Source: Catajapyx aquilonaris
Taxonomy: Eukaryota
Assembly (NCBI GenBank): GCA_000934665.2
Contig: KZ538724.1
Span: 1-51,282 of the forward strand
Direction: 5' to 3'
DNA: 51,282 bases
Positions within the stretch are counted from its first letter, which is position 1, and every line of letters begins with the position of its first letter. Below are positions 49,001-51,282 of the stretch, piece by piece. The position numbers and the translations under genes are program-made. The notes beneath the pieces are model-generated. The model saw only the letters and a list, made by a program, of their open reading frames with translations. It searched no databases and had not been told where the DNA came from.

Positions 49001-50877
49001 TGTTTTGATAATGGTTACTCAAGAGTAAATGAGTCTTTAAGGAGTTGATGTGCAAAACTTTCTGTCTTCCTTGCAGCTGAAGTCTCAGTAATCCAAGCAA
49101 GCTCTGAGACCACACCTCTGGAAGATGGTGCTGAGACAGGATTAGAAGATCCTATCTCATCACGAGGGTGTGATACTTTCATACCCGAAGTCGATGCCAA
49201 GGGTAAGGATAATTTGGAGTTGGGTGAAGAGGCAGGGGTAGGGAGGGTGGAAGAGCCAGAGGAGCTTGGAGTAGTAGAAGGAGTGTGTCGAGGAGAAACA
49301 AATGAAGAAGTAATTGATGCCAAAGCACCTGAGGAAACAAAAGAACTGAAGGATCCAGGTCCAAGACAGCTGGACTTGACGGAAGTGCGTCGACTGACTC
49401 GCAACCAGAAGTCCATGCTCTTGAGCCGCATGGCATCTGCGTCACCCCGTATCTCTGGCATTACATCTCAACAAAGCCCTCTGAGCCGCCGACTCCATTC
49501 TCCTGAAGCAACCAAGTCTTGTGATCCATCAGCCACCAGGGGCAATGAAGAATTAACATCTAGTTTCACCTTAAGCCCAACTCCTGAGAGTCCAGCCGAG
49601 GGATCCTATTACAAGCTAATGCAGTAAGCATGTCCTTGCACTTAATTTCATTTTTAATCCTTATGTGTATCCACATGCAATATTTTGAACATGTATACAT
49701 GCATTTATTGGAAATGCTGCTGCTAATTGGGAATTACTGCTAATCTGTTGCATGGATTTTTTAAAAGTACAAAAACCAACCGTATAATAACTGGGGACAT
49801 TAGTCAAGTGAAAGATAAATATCTGTCATTCTTGAGCATTTACTTTTACTCAAGGGGTGTTCATCAAATTCAAAGTCCGGGCATAACGGAAGAGGGGTAA
49901 TTGGGCTCACCTAACTTTGGCAATGTAGGTTTAGAAATGGCCAAATACACCTGGTATGTGCACCTAATGCTGAATGACGAATGCACCTGCACTCATCCAG
50001 GTTTTGGATCAGAACTTGAAGAACGCTGTGAAATATGTTACTCTTTGCAGAGCGAAGAGGGCACGTGAGGCCCAGGATATTAAGAGGAAGCAGTTGAAGG
50101 CTGCAGCCCTGCACACTGCTAGACAGAAGGACAAGAAGGTGAGGGCGGAGAAGGAAAAGCAGGTGAGGGCGGAGAAGGAAAAGGAGGAAAAGAAGGAGGC
50201 AGCAGCTAAGGATAAACCCAAAAAGGCGAAGGTGGAGAAAGCAAAGGTGGAGCCAAGCCCAGCACAACGATTAAAGAAAGAGAAGAAAATCCCTCCAAAG
50301 GAAACAAGAAAAAGTGTGGCAGCAAAAGGGAAGAGCGAAGCAGGGGAAAAGGTGGCAGTGGAAAAAGAGGAGGCCACAAAGGGAGAAAAAGTGGCCGATA
50401 AAGCAGTGCCTGAGGTTTCTGAAAAGTCGCCAGAATCTAAGCAGAGCCCAAGTAGAGAAGAGAGGTTGGAGAGGGAAAGAAGTGTCTCCCCTGCTTGCTC
50501 GACAAGCAGCATTGTGTCTCACTCCTCCCGAGGTGTCGATGGAGACGGGGACGTGGTCGGCTTGTCTACTCCTCGTCGCAGCAGGCGCATCCTGGAGAGG
50601 TCCGTGACTCTGGAAAACACTCCAGAAACAATCAGTCAAGCCTCGAGTCAAGCTTCCAGTGAAAAGAGCCTGGATGGTCAGTGTTCAAGTGCTTTTTAAA
50701 TTATTTTGACACCTTTGTGGATTAACATTCAATTTTCTTGCTCGTTTATATGCACAGATGGGGCTAGTGTGAGCTCCATGACAACTCGCAGTGGACTAGT
50801 ACTTACTCCGACCCCTACCACCTCAAGAAAATTCAAGTTCTCTACGCCTACAAAGGTCATTCCCAAGCAGTCACCAG
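34048..50877 (+). CDS. AHCTF1: Protein ELYS / AHCTF1 (MEL-28) nucleoporin, 3'-incomplete (>2089 aa). Exons 34048-34165, 34341-34566, 35286-35630, 35937-36132, 36591-37023, 37411-37601, 37997-38177, 38238-38378, 40213-40360, 40621-40954, 41396-41708, 42242-42878, 43176-43299, 43363-43730, 44456-44921, 47824-48577, 49077-49623, 50051-50676, 50758-50877
   Basis: ELYS motifs 'FQEPENDPCHCCYLWV', 'FDLNMWYLAHMPDS', 'LWFYEMELLP', 'YPPASMQHLLAIYLL', 'QGLWLLDHRDF' and 'LLLIYYIQRGRYMEA', followed by a long disordered acidic/basic tail. All 18 internal introns are GT-AG with consistent phase; a donor follows 50877, so the gene continues past the window. Confidence 0.93.
34728..35128. mobile_element. 400-bp palindromic Tc1/mariner-type MITE (CAGGGTG termini) in an ELYS intron
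   Basis: ~170-bp arms with few mismatches (CAGGGTGGTCGGTAAATGGTGCGCAAGCTTCAGG...CCTGAAGCTTGCGCACCATTTACCGACCATCCTG); TA at the left end. Confidence 0.9.
36235..36482. mobile_element. MITE with ~30-bp TIRs
   Basis: TCGTCGGGTGAGATCAATACTATTGTAAGTC pairs with GACTTACAATAGTATTGATCTTACCCGACGA. Confidence 0.75.
38422..39360. mobile_element. Large decayed inverted-repeat element
   Basis: Inner arms 38667-38760 and 38997-39093 pair well (ggcttta.aatcg..ttatttatgattgtttaat with attaaacaatcataaataa.acgatt.taaagcc). Weaker pairing extends outward (gacaaggatgaa with ttcatctttgtc), so the outer limits are approximate. Confidence 0.55.
45508..45648. mobile_element. ~140-bp MITE (TA|CAGTGCGGA termini)
   Basis: CAGTGCGGA...TCCGCACT ends with internal TGACGTCA palindromes; a second copy lies at 2101-2245. 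Confidence 0.75.
45826..46357. mobile_element. ~530-bp imperfect palindromic Tc1/mariner-type MITE (CAGGGTG termini, TA TSD)
   Basis: TA|CAGGGTGTTTCAGAGTCACGGGTCAAGCG...CGCTTGACCCATGACTCTGAAACACCCTG|TA; the arms pair to the centre at ~46105. Confidence 0.9.
46362..46925. mobile_element. ~565-bp Tc1/mariner-type MITE with ~160-bp TIRs and an internal palindrome
   Basis: CAGGGTGTCTATTGTAACTCTGCAAAGACTTTCAGGGG...CCCCTGAAAGTCTTTGCAGAGTTACAATAAACACCCTG. Inner hairpin gttgccaggttatggcgtatcgcg/cgcgatacgccataacctggcaac at ~46658-46731. Confidence 0.9.
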
Positions 50878-51282
50878 GTCAGTTATCTTTCATTTTCAGA
50901 GATTGCATTGTTGTAATATCTCTCATCATTAATCACTTGTAGACACCCTGTAGTTCTATTCACACAGCTTGTTTTTGGTGTGGCATACGTGCCCTATAAA
51001 ATAACAGTTCCGATCAAGTTACTCACTCGTTCATCTTATATGAGTGGCGTTCATCTTACAGTTTGGTCATAAGTGCAAGAGTTAGAATTTGCAATTAGTT
51101 TGCATGGTGCTGGGTGAGTGTAAAGGAAGATGCTTTTTTGGATTGCACATTTATTGAAATTGAGTATTTTAAAATACAAATGGTAATTCCAATTGTGTGG
51201 AACTGTGTCATTCTGGTTCTTGGTTGTTGTGTGGCCAGCTACAATTCGGAGTGCTGGTGCGCATTGTCTTTCTTTGGAAAAT

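Noticed and set aside
49974..50699. Lys-rich 241-aa ORF considered as a separate histone H1 or ribosomal protein gene
   Set aside because: No globular H15 domain; it splices in phase (49623->50051 and 50676->50758) as an ELYS exon.

Overview
Eukaryotic genomic DNA, most likely from an arthropod (probably a hemimetabolous insect, judged from SINE style and gene content; not certain). It has compact spliceosomal introns and one N gap at 2970-2984. Five intact protein genes were built by hand with phase-consistent exon chains: CFAP69 (-, 8 coding exons, 10427->369); an intronless ALYREF/THOC4 paralogue (-, 11696->10956); SLC12A9 (+, 8 exons, 13606-17798, with a textbook U12-type first intron); a Pro/Gln/Arg-rich protein whose C-terminus resembles vertebrate tastin/TROAP (-, 31491->~21598); and ELYS/AHCTF1 (+, from 34048, 19 coding exons, running off the window end). 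There is also a weak candidate 4-exon orphan gene (19302-20234). Introns hold many non-autonomous elements: palindromic Tc1/mariner- and Harbinger-like MITEs, a TTAA-flanked piggyBac-like element, a foldback-like element, and three tRNA-derived SINEs, two with perfect TSDs. Main leads: (1) the ALYREF copy looks like a retrogene that has lost the WxHD EJC/cap-binding motif and appears to sit in the 5' UTR intron of the sperm-flagellum gene CFAP69; (2) a putative invertebrate tastin homologue lies head-to-head with ELYS; (3) one canonical and one possibly degenerating minor-class intron. All homology calls come from remembered motifs; no searches were run.
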